Source of the DNA: Chiloscyllium plagiosum
Lineage: Eukaryota
Assembly (NCBI RefSeq): GCF_004010195.1
Contig: NW_025214875.1
Span: 1 to 38,932 of the forward strand
Length of the DNA: 38,932 bases
Reading direction: 5' to 3'
This document shows, in pieces, positions 1 to 12,515 of this stretch. Positions within the stretch are counted from its first letter, which is position 1; every line of letters starts with the position of its first letter. Both the position numbers and the translations under genes were made by a program. The notes under the pieces are model-generated. The model made no database searches, was not told the DNA's origin, and saw only the letters and a list, made by a program, of their open reading frames with translations.

Positions 1-790
1 CTGGCGTTTTTCTGTACCCCCTTTCTCTCTGGGTGATATCTGCACATTTACTCGTTTCTCTCAATAATCTCTCTCTGTCTGTCTGTCTTTCTCTCAGCGA
101 GATATCTGTACTGCTGACTTGTGTCTCTCAGTCCCCTCACTCTCTCTCGGGGGACATCTGTACATTGACTAATGTCTTTCATCCATTGTCTCTCTCTCAG
201 GGAGATTACTGGCCACTAACTGGTGTCTTTTTATTAATTCAATTAGGTTCCCTACAGCATGGAAATATGCCCTTCGGCCGAAAATTTCCCCGCCAACCCC
301 AGTAAGATGAACGCACCTGACAATAAGGGCTATTTAGCATGGCGAATTCACCCTAGCCTGCAAATCTTTGGATTGTCGGTGGAAACTGTGGCATCTGAAA
401 TCTACTCAGACACGGGGAGAAGGTGTAATCTCCACAGATGCCCGAGGCGGGAATCGAACTGGTATCTCTCAGTCTTTTCTCTCTCTCTCTCTCTCTCTCA
501 CTCACTCACTCTCTCTCTCTCAGTCTTTCTCTCTCTATCCCTCTCAGAGAGTTATCTGCACACTGACTAATGTCTCTCTGTTCCCTGCCCCACTTCTCTC
601 TTTCAGCGAGATATGTTTACACTGACTGGTGTTCGTCATTCACACTCCCCCACCTCTCTCTCAGGGAGACATCTGTACACTGACTGCTGTCTCTCAGTAT
701 CCTCTCTCTCTCTCAGGGAATAATCTGTACACTGACCGGTGTCCTTCACTATCCTTTCTCTCTATCTCCCAGGGAGATATCAGTACACAG
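1..790 (+). repeat. Degenerate minisatellite (GAGATATCTGTACACTGACTGGTGTCTCTCAG plus CT-rich linker, ~55-65 bp unit)
   Basis: The motif gagatatctgtacactgact recurs about 10 times with (CT)n linkers; the array is interrupted by a SINE fragment. Confidence 0.85.
232..462 (-). mobile_element. 5'-truncated HE1-type tRNA-derived SINE
   Basis: Matches the other SINE copies in this window (gggctatttagcatggcgaattcacc...gacacggggagaaggtgtaatctccacag...gcgggaatcgaac); most of the tRNA head is missing. Confidence 0.8.
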
Positions 791-819
791 CAGTATGCAG
801 AAGCCAGTACACACGTATC

Positions 820-1041
820 AGTAAACATGCAGAGAGTTGTGAATGCATGGAATGAGTTGCCAGCGGTGCTGATGGAAGCTCAGTCATTAGTAACATTTAA
901 GCGACTGCTGGACATGCATATAGACAGCAGTGAATTGAGGGGTATTTAGGTTAGCTTATTTCATTTTAGATGAGGAATAATCCTCGTCATAGCATCGTGG
1001 GGCCAAGGGCCTTTCCGGTGCTGTATTTTTCTATGTTCTAT
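820..1041 (+). mobile_element. CR1/HER1-type LINE 3' end fragment
   Basis: Encodes QRVVNAWNELP...FKRLLD (CR1 ORF2 C-terminus), followed by ggccaagggcct and a ctatgttcta tail. Confidence 0.85.
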
Positions 1042-1049
1042 CTCCTTGA

Positions 1050-1309
1050 CGGAGAGAGGCAGCACTGAGAGACACCATCAGGCTGCAGATATCCCGCTGA
1101 GAAAGAGAGTTTGGGAATTGAAAGTCACCAGTCAGTGTCCAGATATATCCTTGAGAAAGCGAGAGAGGGGAGTGAGAGACACCAGTCACTGTACAGATAT
1201 CATCCTGAGAGAGAGGTGAGTGTCTGAGAGAAGCCAGTCAGTGTACACACATCCCCCGAGGAAGAGAGAGAGGGGATGGAGAGACACCAGTCATTGTAAA
1301 GATATATCT

Positions 1310-1370
<61 letters not shown>

Positions 1371-1540
1371 CGGGGAACTGAGAGACACCACTTGGGATTC
1401 AGATATCTCCCTGAGAGAGACAGATGGGACTTAGAGACACCAGTCAGTGTCCAAATATCTCCTTGTGAGAGAGAGATGGAGAGCGGGGGAAGTGAGAGAC
1501 ACCAGTCAGTGTACCGATATCTCCCTGAGTGAGAGAGAGT
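1050..1540 (-). repeat. Same minisatellite as 1-790 in the opposite orientation, with a (GA)n tract
   Basis: Repeated gagagacaccagtcagtgtacagatatctc is the reverse complement of the left-hand unit. Confidence 0.85.
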
Positions 1541-1699
1541 GGGGTCGCCATAAACCACTTCAGCGTTCAGTGGGGATGTGGTGTTTTGTGAGGTGCAGCA
1601 GCTTCTCTTGTGGTTGGTGATTTGGTTTGGAGAATTCAACACCTCTGGCCATGTTTCCGCGCGGCTCTGATATTTCTTTATCAGTTCAGTTTATCACAT

Positions 1700-2205
1700 A
1701 TTTACCACTGCTTTCTGAACTTGCAACACTCCGTCAGTCAGATGCCTGTGGTGCATGTCTTCCCGCTATTGACAGCAAATGGCCATTTTCAAATTGTGCA
1801 GCATCATATCCCTTCGGTCCCAACCCCACCGATGCTCCGTAACATCAGGGTGCCCAGTCTGCAAGACACACTGCAGAAACTCACCAGAGATCCTCAGACC
1901 TGACCTTCCAAACCCCACAGCCACTTTCATCTAGAAGGCCAAGGGGCAACAGGTGCAGTGGAACATCACCACCCAGCACGGTCCCCCTCCGACGCCTCAC
2001 TTTCCCCCACTCAGTAACATATCGGCTGTTCCCTCAGTGTTACTGGGCTAGAATCCTGGGATTTCCCCTCCTCGGGGTATTGTGGGTCGACCCCACAGTG
2101 CGGAGACTGCTGTGGTTCAAGGTGGCAGCTCACCTTCACCTTCTCAAGTGGGGCAACTAGGGATGGCAAAGTAAATGCTGGGCCCAGACAGCGACGCCCA
2201 CACAC
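1700..2205 (+). mobile_element. Decayed L2/CR1-group LINE 3' fragment
   Basis: Contains cacactgcagaaactcaccagag...ccttccaaaccc...ctagaagg...gggcaactagggatggc...aaatgctgggcccag; related pieces at 21980-22370, 23060-23230 (-) and 3750-3872 (-). Confidence 0.6.
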
Positions 2206-2229
2206 AAACACAATCAAACTCTACTTTTT

Positions 2230-3660
2230 TTACTCCGATTGGGAGTAGGTGTGAATGTAAAGGTGTTTGTGCCCATTGGGATAGTGCGGGGTGAGAGTGT
2301 ATGGGAATGGTTATGAGTCCATTTGGAGCGTGTCGAGCGGGAGAGTACAGAAAGGATTTTGTGTCCATTGGTACAGTGTAGTGTAGGACTGAACTGGAAG
2401 GGGTTTGGGTACATTTGGATGATGTCGATTGGGAGTGAATGGAAAGGAGTTCGGGTCAATTTTGACGGTGTAGATTGGGAGTGAACGGGAAGGTGTTGGG
2501 CGACATCGGGATGGTGTCGAGCTGACGTAAATGGGGAGAGCTTTGGGTCCATTAGATGGTGTAGAGTGGGACTGAACGGGAAGAGTTTTGGGTTCCATAG
2601 GAATGGGGGTAGAATGGGAGTGAACAGGCAGGGGTTTGCATCCATTGGGATGGTATAGAACAGGAGTGAACGGCAAGGGGTTTGGGTTCATTGGACGGTG
2701 TGGTGCGGCAGTCAATCCATTAGGGTTTGTGTCCATTGTAATTTCATAGAATGGGATGGGAAAGCAGGGGTTTGGGTGCATTGGGATGGTGTAGAGTGGG
2801 AGTGCTCAGGAAAGGGTTTGGGTCCATTGGGAGTCAGTTGAGTGGGAATAAATGAGAAGGGGTTTGAGTTCATTGGGATGGTGTAGAGTGGGAGTGCTCA
2901 GGAAAGGGTTTGGGTCCATTGGGAGTCAGTTGAGTGGGAATAAATGAGAAGGGGTTTGAGTTCATTGGGATGGTGTAGAGTGGGAGTGCTCAGGAAAGGG
3001 TTTGGGTCCATTGGGAGTCAGTTGAGTGGGAATAAATGAGAAGGGGTTTGAGTTCATTGGGATGGTGTAGAGTGGGAGTGCTCAGGAAAGGGTTTGAGTC
3101 CATTGGGAGTCAGTTGAGTGGTAATAAATGAGAAGGGGTTTGAGTTCATTGGGATGGTGTAGAGTGGGAGTGCTCAGGAAAGGGTTTGGGTCCATTGGGA
3201 GTCAGTTGAGTGGGAATAAATGAGAAGGGGTTTGAGTTCATTGGGATGGTGTAGAGTGGGAGTGCTCAGGAAAGGGTTTGGGTCCATTGGGAGTCAGTTG
3301 AGTGGTAATAAATGAGAAGGGGTTTGAGTTCATTGGGATGGTGTAGAGTGGGAGTGCTCAGGAAAGGGTTTGAGTCCATTGGGAGTCAGTTGATCGGAAA
3401 GAGGTTTGGATCCATTGAGATGGCATAGAGTGGGACTGAATAGGATACGTTTTGAATCCATTTGGATGGTTGAGAGTGGGACTGAATGGGAAGGCATTTG
3501 GGGAACATTGCGATGCTGTAGAGTGGAAGCGAATGGGAAGGGTTTTGGGTACGTTGGGATGATACAGAGTGGGAATGAACAGGAAAGGGTTTGGATCCAT
3601 TGGGATGGTGGAGAATGGGAGTTAACGGAAAAGGTTTTGCATCCATTGGGGATGGTTGTT
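2230..3660 (+). repeat. G-rich ~46-bp satellite containing a homogeneous 92-bp dimer array (about 2781-3392)
   Basis: Unit is approximately gggtttgggtccattgggatggtgtagagtgggagtgaacggaaa; ttgggatggt recurs at 2781, 2873, 2965, 3057, 3149, 3241 and 3333. Confidence 0.95.
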
Positions 3661-3749
3661 GTCCTACTGAAACCACAAGTTCTCCGTTCCTCACAGTTCC
3701 AGTTAGCTCTCCCTTGTCTCCCTGCACATCTCTGTGCCCTATCTTTTGC

Positions 3750-3872
3750 GGCCGCCATCTTGAACCGCTGCAGCCTCCGTGCTGTTGGGTAGACCCACAA
3801 TGCCCACTGATGGAATAGCCGATATGTTACTGAGTGGGGGATGGTGAGGGGTCGGAAAGGGAACTTGCCGGG
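3750..3872 (-). mobile_element. Inverted partial copy of the LINE fragment at ~1970-2130
   Basis: gccgatatgttactgagtggggg is the reverse complement of cccccactcagtaacatatcggc (~2005-2027). Confidence 0.65.
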
Positions 3873-4299
3873 CACAGTCTGGGAGATGAAAGGTGAGAGA
3901 TGGAAAGATTAAATGTAGCAGGAGATGTGCACAAGCCTTGTGCTGGACAGTGTGCTGCGAGTTTTTGACACACTGCGATCCAACAGACCTCATCCTGTGG
4001 AGATATGACACTTACTGTCACACCAGACCAACGTGACAGCACTCAGGCATAAAGTTTAGGCTGGGGCCCAGTGGGATGTATCAGACATCATAAAACACAG
4101 GCTACGCTGTCCTCCACACTCTCTCAGACACGGCTGGTGTGGGGTCGGAGAGAAGCAGCAGGTAGCACTGCACTGAGGTAAGTGCAAACTGAGCACTGCA
4201 TGAAATTGGGACAATGTAGGGCAAGGCCACTACAGGGAAAGATATCAGCAGCTCAGGATAGGTTTCAAGTTACAGAGAGATGAAGCAGGTTTTTTGATT

Positions 4300-7200
4300 T
4301 GGTGCTACACAGAGTAACAGATACCCGGGACTGAGATACAGATGGGAACCAAATCTAGGGGTTTCCAATGTTTTATGCATATACAATAACAAATACCTGG
4401 GAGTGGATTACAGTTTGGTATCTAGCTAAAATCTTCAGAGTGATTTACTTCCAAAATAACAGAAACCCCGGAGTGACGTACAGACTGGACTCTAATCGGA
4501 GGGTTCAGGGTGGTTTATATCGAGAATAACAGACACCCGGGAATGAGTTAATGAGTGGAATCTAATTGTAGATTTCAGATGGTTTAGAGAAAGTCTATGC
4601 GAAATCTGAGAGTGAGGTACAGATGCAGAATATGATCGAGGGATTTGTGCGCAGAATAAGTTATATGTAGAATACCCAGGTGCTAGTTACAAACTGGAAT
4701 CGAGTCGAGGTATGCAGGGTCGTTAATGTGAAGAATAACAGACAGTTTAGAGTGAGTTCCAGACTGGAATCTAATCGAAGGCTTCAGTGTGGTTGATAAA
4801 GAGAAATACAGCTACCTGGAATTTAATTACAGACTGGAATTTTATTGAGGCATTTAGGGTAGTTTAACATGGAATAATATATCCGGGAATGATTTACAGA
4901 CTGAAATCTAATCCAGGAATTTTGTTTATTCATATGTGCAGAATACCCGGGAGTAAGTTACAGACTGGAATGTAATCGAGAGTTTTGGGTGGTTTAAATA
5001 CGGAATAATAAATACCCGAGAAGGAGTTACAGACCGGAATATAATAGAGGGGTTTGGGTTGGTTTCGATATGGAATAACAGATATGTAGGGATGAGTTAC
5101 AGACTTGATTTTAATCGTGGTGTTCACTGAGGTTTATAGATAAAATATTAGATATCCAAGAGTGGGTTACAGCCTGCAATCTATTTGAATTGCTCAAGGT
5201 GGTTTGCATGTATAATAACAGACACAGGAGTGAGATACAGACCTGAATCCATTTCAAGTTTTCATGGTGGCTTTTGGATGGAAGAACAGATATCCAGAAG
5301 TGAGTTTCACACTGGATTTTAATCGAGGATTCAGGTTGAAATCTGTCCAGAATAACACATATCTGGGAGTGAGTTACCAACTGGAATCTAGTCATGAGTT
5401 TCAGGGTGGTTTATATATAGAATAATAGGAATCTGAGAGTGAGTTACAGACTGGAATCCAATCGAGGGTCTCAGGATGGTTTAAACATAAAATCACCCGT
5501 ACCTCGGAATGACTTACAGACCAATCTAACGAGGGATAAAAATGGAATAACAGATAACTCGAAATGATTTACAAAGTGGAATCTAATCCAGGGTTTGTCG
5601 CGTTTAATACAAAGAATAAGAGATAACTGGAGTGAGTTACAGACTGGAATCTAATCGAAAGCATTAGTGCGGTTTATGTACAGAATAACAGATAGCCAGG
5701 ATGTAGTTTCAGACTGGATTCGAATCGAGGGTTTTTAGGTGTTTGTGTGCAGATCAACATATATCTGGGTATGAGTTGCAGACTGGAATGTAATCGATGG
5801 GTCCAAGGAGGTTTCAATATAGAATAAGATATATCCAGAATTGAGTTACCGACTGAAAACCATTCAGGGTGGATTACATATAGAATAACACATATCTGGG
5901 AATGAATTACAGACTGAAATCGAGTCATGGGAGATGTTATCTCTTTTAAATAATGGGGAACCGGGAGTGAGCTACTGACCGGAATGTAATTGAGGATTCG
6001 GGGTGGTAGATTCCTGGGAGTGAGCTACAGACTGGAATCTAATTGAGGATCTCAGATATTTTATATCAAGAATATGAGATACCTGGGGGTGTGGTGCAGA
6101 CCCTGGATACAATTGAAGGTTTTCTTTTGGTTTCTATGTAGAGTAAGTGGTACCCAGGAGTGAGCTACCTACTGGAACCCAGTCGAGGTCTTTAGGGTCA
6201 TTGAAGTATAGAATAACAGATAACTGAGCGTTAGTCACATACTGGAATCTAATCAAGGGAATCGGGGTGGTTTATATAGACAATAACATATACCTAGGAG
6301 TGAATTACAGACTGGAATTTAATTGAGGCGTTCAGAGTTTTTAAACACGGAATAACAAATAACCGGGAATAATTCCAGACTGGAAAATAGTCCAGGGATT
6401 TGTGGTGGTTATTATGTATAAAACAGATATCCGGGAGAGAGTTACAGATTGGAATATAATTGAAGGGTTCAGGATGGTTTTGAAACAGAATTAAAGATAC
6501 CCAGGTGTGAGACACAGACTCGAATTTGGTTCAGGATTTGGGGTGGTTTGTGTACATAATTGAAGATACCCTGGTGTAAGTTACAGACTGGAATCTAATC
6601 GAGGGCTGGGGTGTACAATAACAGAGCCCCAGGGTTACAGACTTCAATCCAATTCAGGTTTTCAGGATGGTTTTTGGTAAAAGAACAGGTATCCAGGAGT
6701 GAGTTACAGACTGGAATTTAATCGTGGGTTTCAGGTTGGTTTATGTACTGAATAAAACATATCTAGGAGTGAGTTACCCACTGGAATCGAGTTAAGAGTT
6801 TCAGTTGGACCTGGTTTATATACAGACTGCCAGATACCTCGGAGTGAGTTACAGACTGAAGTTTAATTGAGGCGTTCAGGGTTGTTTAGATATAGAATAT
6901 CAAATACCCGGGAGCGAGTTACTGACAGGAATGTAGTCAAAGGGGTTCGGGTGTTTTGTACGTCAAATAAGACATATCTGCAAGTGTTTTGCAGGACGGA
7001 ATCTAATCGAGGGGTTTGGTATAGTTCAAACATGCAATAACAGATAGCTGGGAATGATTTACAGGCTGGAATCTAATCCAGGGATTTGCGAAGATTTCAA
7101 TTAAAGATACCTGGGATTGAGTTACAGACTTGAATTTAATAAAGAGTTTCAGTCTTGTTCTCCGTCGAGTAACAGATCCACACTATTCAGTTACAGCTTG

Positions 7201-9700
7201 AAATTTATTCGACCCGTTCAGCGTAGTTTAAAATAACACAGACTTAGAAGTAAGTTACAGAATGGATTCTAACTTAAATATTCAATATGCTTTATGTATA
7301 GAATAACAAATACCCAGGAATGTCTTACAGACTAGAATCTAATCCTGAGGTTCAGGATGTTTATATATAGAATAGCAGATGGGGTGGAGTGAGTTAAAGA
7401 CTGTGATGTCTTCGAGGTGTTCAGGATGATCTATTTCCAGAATAACATACACATGGGAGTGAGTTACAAACTGGAATATAATCAATCAGTTCAAAAGGTG
7501 GTTTATATGTAGAATAACAGATATCCAGGAGAGAGTTACAGACTAGAATTTAATCGAGGGCTTCAGGGTGGTGTATATAAAAAGTCGCACACACTTGGGA
7601 GTGAGTTACAGACTGGAATCTATTCGAGGGGTTTGGGGTGGTTTATATGTAGAATAACAGATATCCAGGAGAGAGTTACAGACTAGAATCTAATCGAGGG
7701 GTTCAGGGTGGTGTATATAAAAAGTCACACATACTTGGGAGTGAGTTACAGACTCGAATCTATTCGAGGAGGTCAAGATAGTTTATATATATATATAATG
7801 TCAGTTACGTAGGAAAAAGTTATAGACTGGAATTTAATTGCGGTGTTCCAGATGATATTAAAACATTGAATACGACATACCTGGGAGTTGTTTACAGACT
7901 GAAATCTAATGGTGTGATTTATGATGATTTATATAGCGATTAAAAGATAGTTGGGATAATCTCGGCGTTCAGTGTGAATAATCTAGGAGTTCAGTGTATC
8001 GAATAACAGTTAAGCAGGAGTGAGTTATAGACTCTTACCTAATTGAGGGGGTCAGGATGATTTATACATCAAATAACAGATACGCAGAAGTGAGTTAAAA
8101 ACTAGAATCTAATCGAGGGTTCGGCGCAGTTTATATACAGAATAACAGGTACCAAGAAATGAAGTACAGACTGGAACCAATGCGGTGTTTCAGGGTAATT
8201 TCTATACAGAACACCAGTTATCCCGAAGTGAGGTGCAGACTGGAATCAAATTGAGGGGATCAGGGTGGTTTACATACAGAATAGTAGATACCTGGCAGTG
8301 AGTTACACGCTGGAATCAAATGGAAGGGTTGGTAGTGGTTTATACACAGACTAACAGATAACCGGGAAGGAGTTAAAGACTGGAATCTAATCGAGGTTGC
8401 AAGGTGATTTATAGATATAATACTAAAATCCCAGGAGTGAGTTACACACTGGAATCAAAAGGAGAGGGTCGGGATGTATTATGCACAGACTAACGATACC
8501 CAAGAGGGAGTTACAGACTGGAATGTATTGGAGGTGTTCAAGGTGAGTTATGTATAGAATACCAGATGCCTAGGAATGAGGTACAGTCTGGAACCTAATA
8601 CAAGGTTTCTGGCTGTTTTACATACAGAATACCAGTTACCTGGAAGTGAGTTGCAGATTGGGATATAATCGAGGTGTTCGGAATGGCTTACATATAGAAT
8701 AACTGCTACCCATGAGTAAGTTGCAGACTGGAATGGAATCAAGGTATTTATAATGGTTTATATATTGAATAACAAATGCTCAGGAGTGAGTTACAGACTG
8801 GAATCCGATCGATGGGTTTGGGGTGGTTTATATACATAATAATAGTTACCCGGGAGCGAGTTACAGACTGGGATCCAATCGAGGAGATCAAAGCTGCTTA
8901 GATATAAAATAAATGATACATTGGTGTGAGTTAAAAACTGGAATCTGATTGAGTGCTTCAGGATGGTTTAGATATAAAATAACACATACCTGGGAGTGAG
9001 TTACAGGCTGGAATCTAATTGAGGCTTTCAAGCGTGTTGAATAACAGATACCGGGAGCGAGTTGCAGACTGGAATTTTGTAGATACGTTCAGGATGGTTT
9101 AAAATGAGATAACAGATGCCTGGGTATATCTTTCTTTTACTGGTAGGAACCTAATGCTGCGATTTATGACGATTTAAATATCGAAAAACAGATACCTGGG
9201 AGTGAGTTACAGACTGGAATATAACCAAGGGTCTTGTGGTGGTTTCGATGCAGAATAATAGGTCTTTGGGAGTGGGTTACAGACAGGAATCTCATCGAGG
9301 TGACCAGGTTGCCTTTTTACATCGAATAACAGACTCCTGAAAGTGAGTTACAGACTGAATTGCTTTCAAGGGGTTCATGGTGGTTTTCGTACAGAATAAC
9401 AGCTCCCTGGCAGTGATGTACAGACTGGAATCTGATGGAGGAATTTGGCATGGTTTATATACAGAGTAACAGGTAGCCTGGAGTGATGTACAGACTGGAC
9501 TCTAATTGAGGGATTCGGCAACGTTTATATATAGACTAACAGGTACCCGAGAGTGATGCCCAAACTGAAATCTGTGGAAGAAGAGATAACTGCAACTGCG
9601 TTACAGACTGAAATGTAATCGAGGTGTTCAGATTGGTTTATATATAGACAGAAGACTCCCAGGAGTGAGTTCCAGATAGGAATCTAATCGAGGGGTTCAA
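4300..9700 (+). repeat. 70-bp tandem satellite, roughly 75 diverged copies
   Basis: Consensus gagtgagttacagactggaatctaatcgaggggttcagggtggtttatatatagaataacagatacccgg; near-perfect 140-bp dimer repeat (gagagttacagactagaat at 7531 and 7671). Confidence 0.95.
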
Positions 9701-9879
9701 ATCATATTAAACGGTTTGTCCATCTACACGAAATTAAAGTTATCATTCTGTCCATAATAGTATCTAAATCTGTGAGATTTAGCAAACAGGTTTTCAATTG
9801 ACACTTAAAATGTTATAAAGCTTTGAACAGCTCATAAATCTATCAAAGTAAGCAAACTGGCTTTAAACATCCAGTGTGA

Positions 9880-10243
9880 CTCATGCAGTCATAAACACCG
9901 ACAGCGCAGAAACAGACCTATAGTCCAACTTTCCCAGTCTGACCAGATATCCCAAATAATCTAGTCCAATTTGCCAATAATTGGCCAATATGCATCCAAA
10001 CCCTTCCATTTCAATAGCCATCCAGATGCATTTTAAATATTAAACTTATCCCATACTCCACCACTTTCACATTCCAGGCATGTACCTACCGTCTGCGTGA
10101 AACATTTGTGCCTCAGGCCCCTTTTACATCTTCCCCTCTCATCTTAAACTTATGAACCTCCAATTCTGGACCCCGTCACTTCAGGGAAAATACCTTTTCT
10201 ATTGATCCTATCCATGCCCCTCATGAATTTATCAAACTCTTTC
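9880..10243 (-). mobile_element. CR1-type LINE 3' end running into a gap
   Basis: Similar to the - strand CR1 3' ends at 16715 and 30090 (acagacc...gtccaac...ctatccatgcccctcatg). Confidence 0.75.
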
Positions 10244-10976
10244 NNNNNNNNNNNNNNNNNNNNNNNNNNNNNNNNNNNNNNNNNNNNNNNNNNNNNNNNN
10301 NNNNNNNNNNNNNNNNNNNNNNNNNNNNNNNNNNNNNNNNNNNNNNNNNNNNNNNNNNNNNNNNNNNNNNNNNNNNNNNNNNNNNNNNNNNNNNNNNNNN
10401 NNNNNNNNNNNNNNNNNNNNNNNNNNNNNNNNNNNNNNNNNNNNNNNNNNNNNNNNNNNNNNNNNNNNNNNNNNNNNNNNNNNNNNNNNNNNNNNNNNNN
10501 NNNNNNNNNNNNNNNNNNNNNNNNNNNNNNNNNNNNNNNNNNNNNNNNNNNNNNNNNNNNNNNNNNNNNNNNNNNNNNNNNNNNNNNNNNNNNNNNNNNN
10601 NNNNNNNNNNNNNNNNNNNNNNNNNNNNNNNNNNNNNNNNNNNNNNNNNNNNNNNNNNNNNNNNNNNNNNNNNNNNNNNNNNNNNNNNNNNNNNNNNNNN
10701 NNNNNNNNNNNNNNNNNNNNNNNNNNNNNNNNNNNNNNNNNNNNNNNNNNNNNNNNNNNNNNNNNNNNNNNNNNNNNNNNNNNNNNNNNNNNNNNNNNNN
10801 NNNNNNNNNNNNNNNNNNNNNNNNNNNNNNNNNNNNNNNNNNNNNNNNNNNNNNNNNNNNNNNNNNNNNNNNNNNNNNNNNNNNNNNNNNNNNNNNNNNN
10901 NNNNNNNNNNNNNNNNNNNNNNNNNNNNNNNNNNNNNNNNNNNNNNNNNNNNNNNNNNNNNNNNNNNNNNNNNNNN
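10244..10976. other. Assembly gap
   Basis: Run of N. Confidence 1.
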
Positions 10977-11084
10977 CAATAGTTTAAGCACTACACTCCC
11001 CTTAAAAGCTCATAAAACTGTTATGGTTAGCACAAACACCATCAACACTCACTCACCTTAGGGCAATGCTCTGAACAGAGCCGA

Positions 11085-11266
11085 CAGTATGGTGCTGGAA
11101 AAGAACAGCAGGTCAGGCAGCATCCGAGGAGCAGGAGAATCGACGATTCAGGCATAAGCCCTCCATCATTTCTTATGAAGGATTTATGTCGAAAACGTGG
11201 ATTTCCCTGCTCCTCCGATGCTGCCTGACCTGCTGTGCTTTTCCAGCACCACACTCTCGACTCTGA
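11085..11266. mobile_element. Palindromic Penelope-like terminal-repeat relic with decayed hammerhead cores
   Basis: tggtgctggaaaagaacagcaggtcaggcagcatccgaggagcagg and its reverse complement cctgctcctccgatgctgcctgacctgctgtgcttttccagcacca; the centre reads cttatgaaggatttatgtcgaaaacg. Confidence 0.7.
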
Positions 11267-11269
11267 TGC

Positions 11270-12515
11270 TTTTAACAGTTGATCAATGTGTCATATTAAG
11301 CAAACAGATCTTCTCCATGAAGTTAAAATGCCACACTGCTCTTAGCAGCTCATAAATCTGTCAAACTGAGCAAAAAGACATTGAACATACACTCTGGAGG
11401 TGTTCAATAATTGCTAGCCAGCCAGTGCTGCTGGCATCCCATGAGTGAATTAAATAATGCTGGATAGCTTTTTTGGTAAAAGCTTATAAACTTTTCAGAT
11501 CTAGTGAGCAGATCTTAATAACATAATGAAAAGCTCATAAATCTGTCAATTAAGCAAATTAAATGCTCACTTCATAAGCACAGTAGCATTCGCCATGGTT
11601 AACACACACATATATTCAATCCCCATCCAGCGTCGGAGAATGCACTTTTACATCTCATAAAAATGTCATAATAAGCAAACAGAGTATTACGAGTCACCTA
11701 AAATAGCACAGATTGAGCAAAGAAGCCTTTCACTCACACAGACAATGCCGTAATGCCACTATTGGCTCATACATGTGCCCATATTAAGTGAACAGACGGT
11801 GTATGTTTATTTAACATAGAATGCTGCTCTAAACAGCTCATAAGGCTGCCAGATGTTCAAAACAGATATTCTATACCGAATTAAAATAGGATAATGCACA
11901 TAGCAGCTTATAAATCTGTCAAATTAAGGAGACAGATGCCCATCACCCACTGAAGATTGCAAACGTCTTGAACAGTTCATACATCTGTCACGTTGAGCAA
12001 AAGGAAACTTTTAAGTTTCCATTTTGGCCGTAACAATTTACCCAAAAAAAAGGACTCACGCACTTAAAATGCCATAATTCTTTAACAGCTCATGCATATG
12101 TCAAATTAAGCAAAATAAACATTAAAATCTACCTAAGAAGCATGCAATTATTCAGAGCTCACGCATCTGGCATGTTTAGCACGCATCTAGCTCAAACGTC
12201 GTTGAAGATAGGATAATGCACTTAACAGGTCAGCAATGTTGCAGACATAGCATTCAGACAATCATCATACATTTAAGAGAAAAAAACTCTGAATTGCATA
12301 TAAGGATGACAAATTAAGCATTCAGAACTTCAACATCCACACAAAGTCTCTCAATACACTCATAAATATGTCAAAAGAAGAAAACATATTTTCAAAACCG
12401 ACATGCAATAGCACACTGCAACACTTAATAGCTCATAAATGTGTCAAGTCAGCAAAGAGATTTTCAACAACCATTGAAGAAGTCATGCCACTCATAAATC
12501 TGTCAAATTAAGATA
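11270..12515 (+). repeat. Old degenerate ~65-70-bp AT-rich tandem repeat (core CAGCTCATAAATCTGTCAAATTAAGCAAA); also present at about 9710-9870
   Basis: Core motif variants near 9829, 11347, 11533, 11654, 11766, 11835, 11904, 11973, 12085, 12358, 12431 and 12491. Confidence 0.75.

Noticed and set aside
2144..3875. Pro/His-rich ORFs
   Set aside because: They are translations of the 46/92-bp satellite.
3880..4300. Possible exon(s) in a unique stretch (- strand acceptor near 3995, + strand donor near 4178)
   Set aside because: No recognisable protein in the frames I read; splice-like motifs alone are insufficient.
10202..10991. Long ORFs here and at 36769-37872
   Set aside because: They are artefacts of N runs.
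11270..12515. CRISPR-like repeat-spacer appearance
   Set aside because: The repeats are degenerate, the linkers are partly homologous, there are no cas genes and the context is a vertebrate genome.
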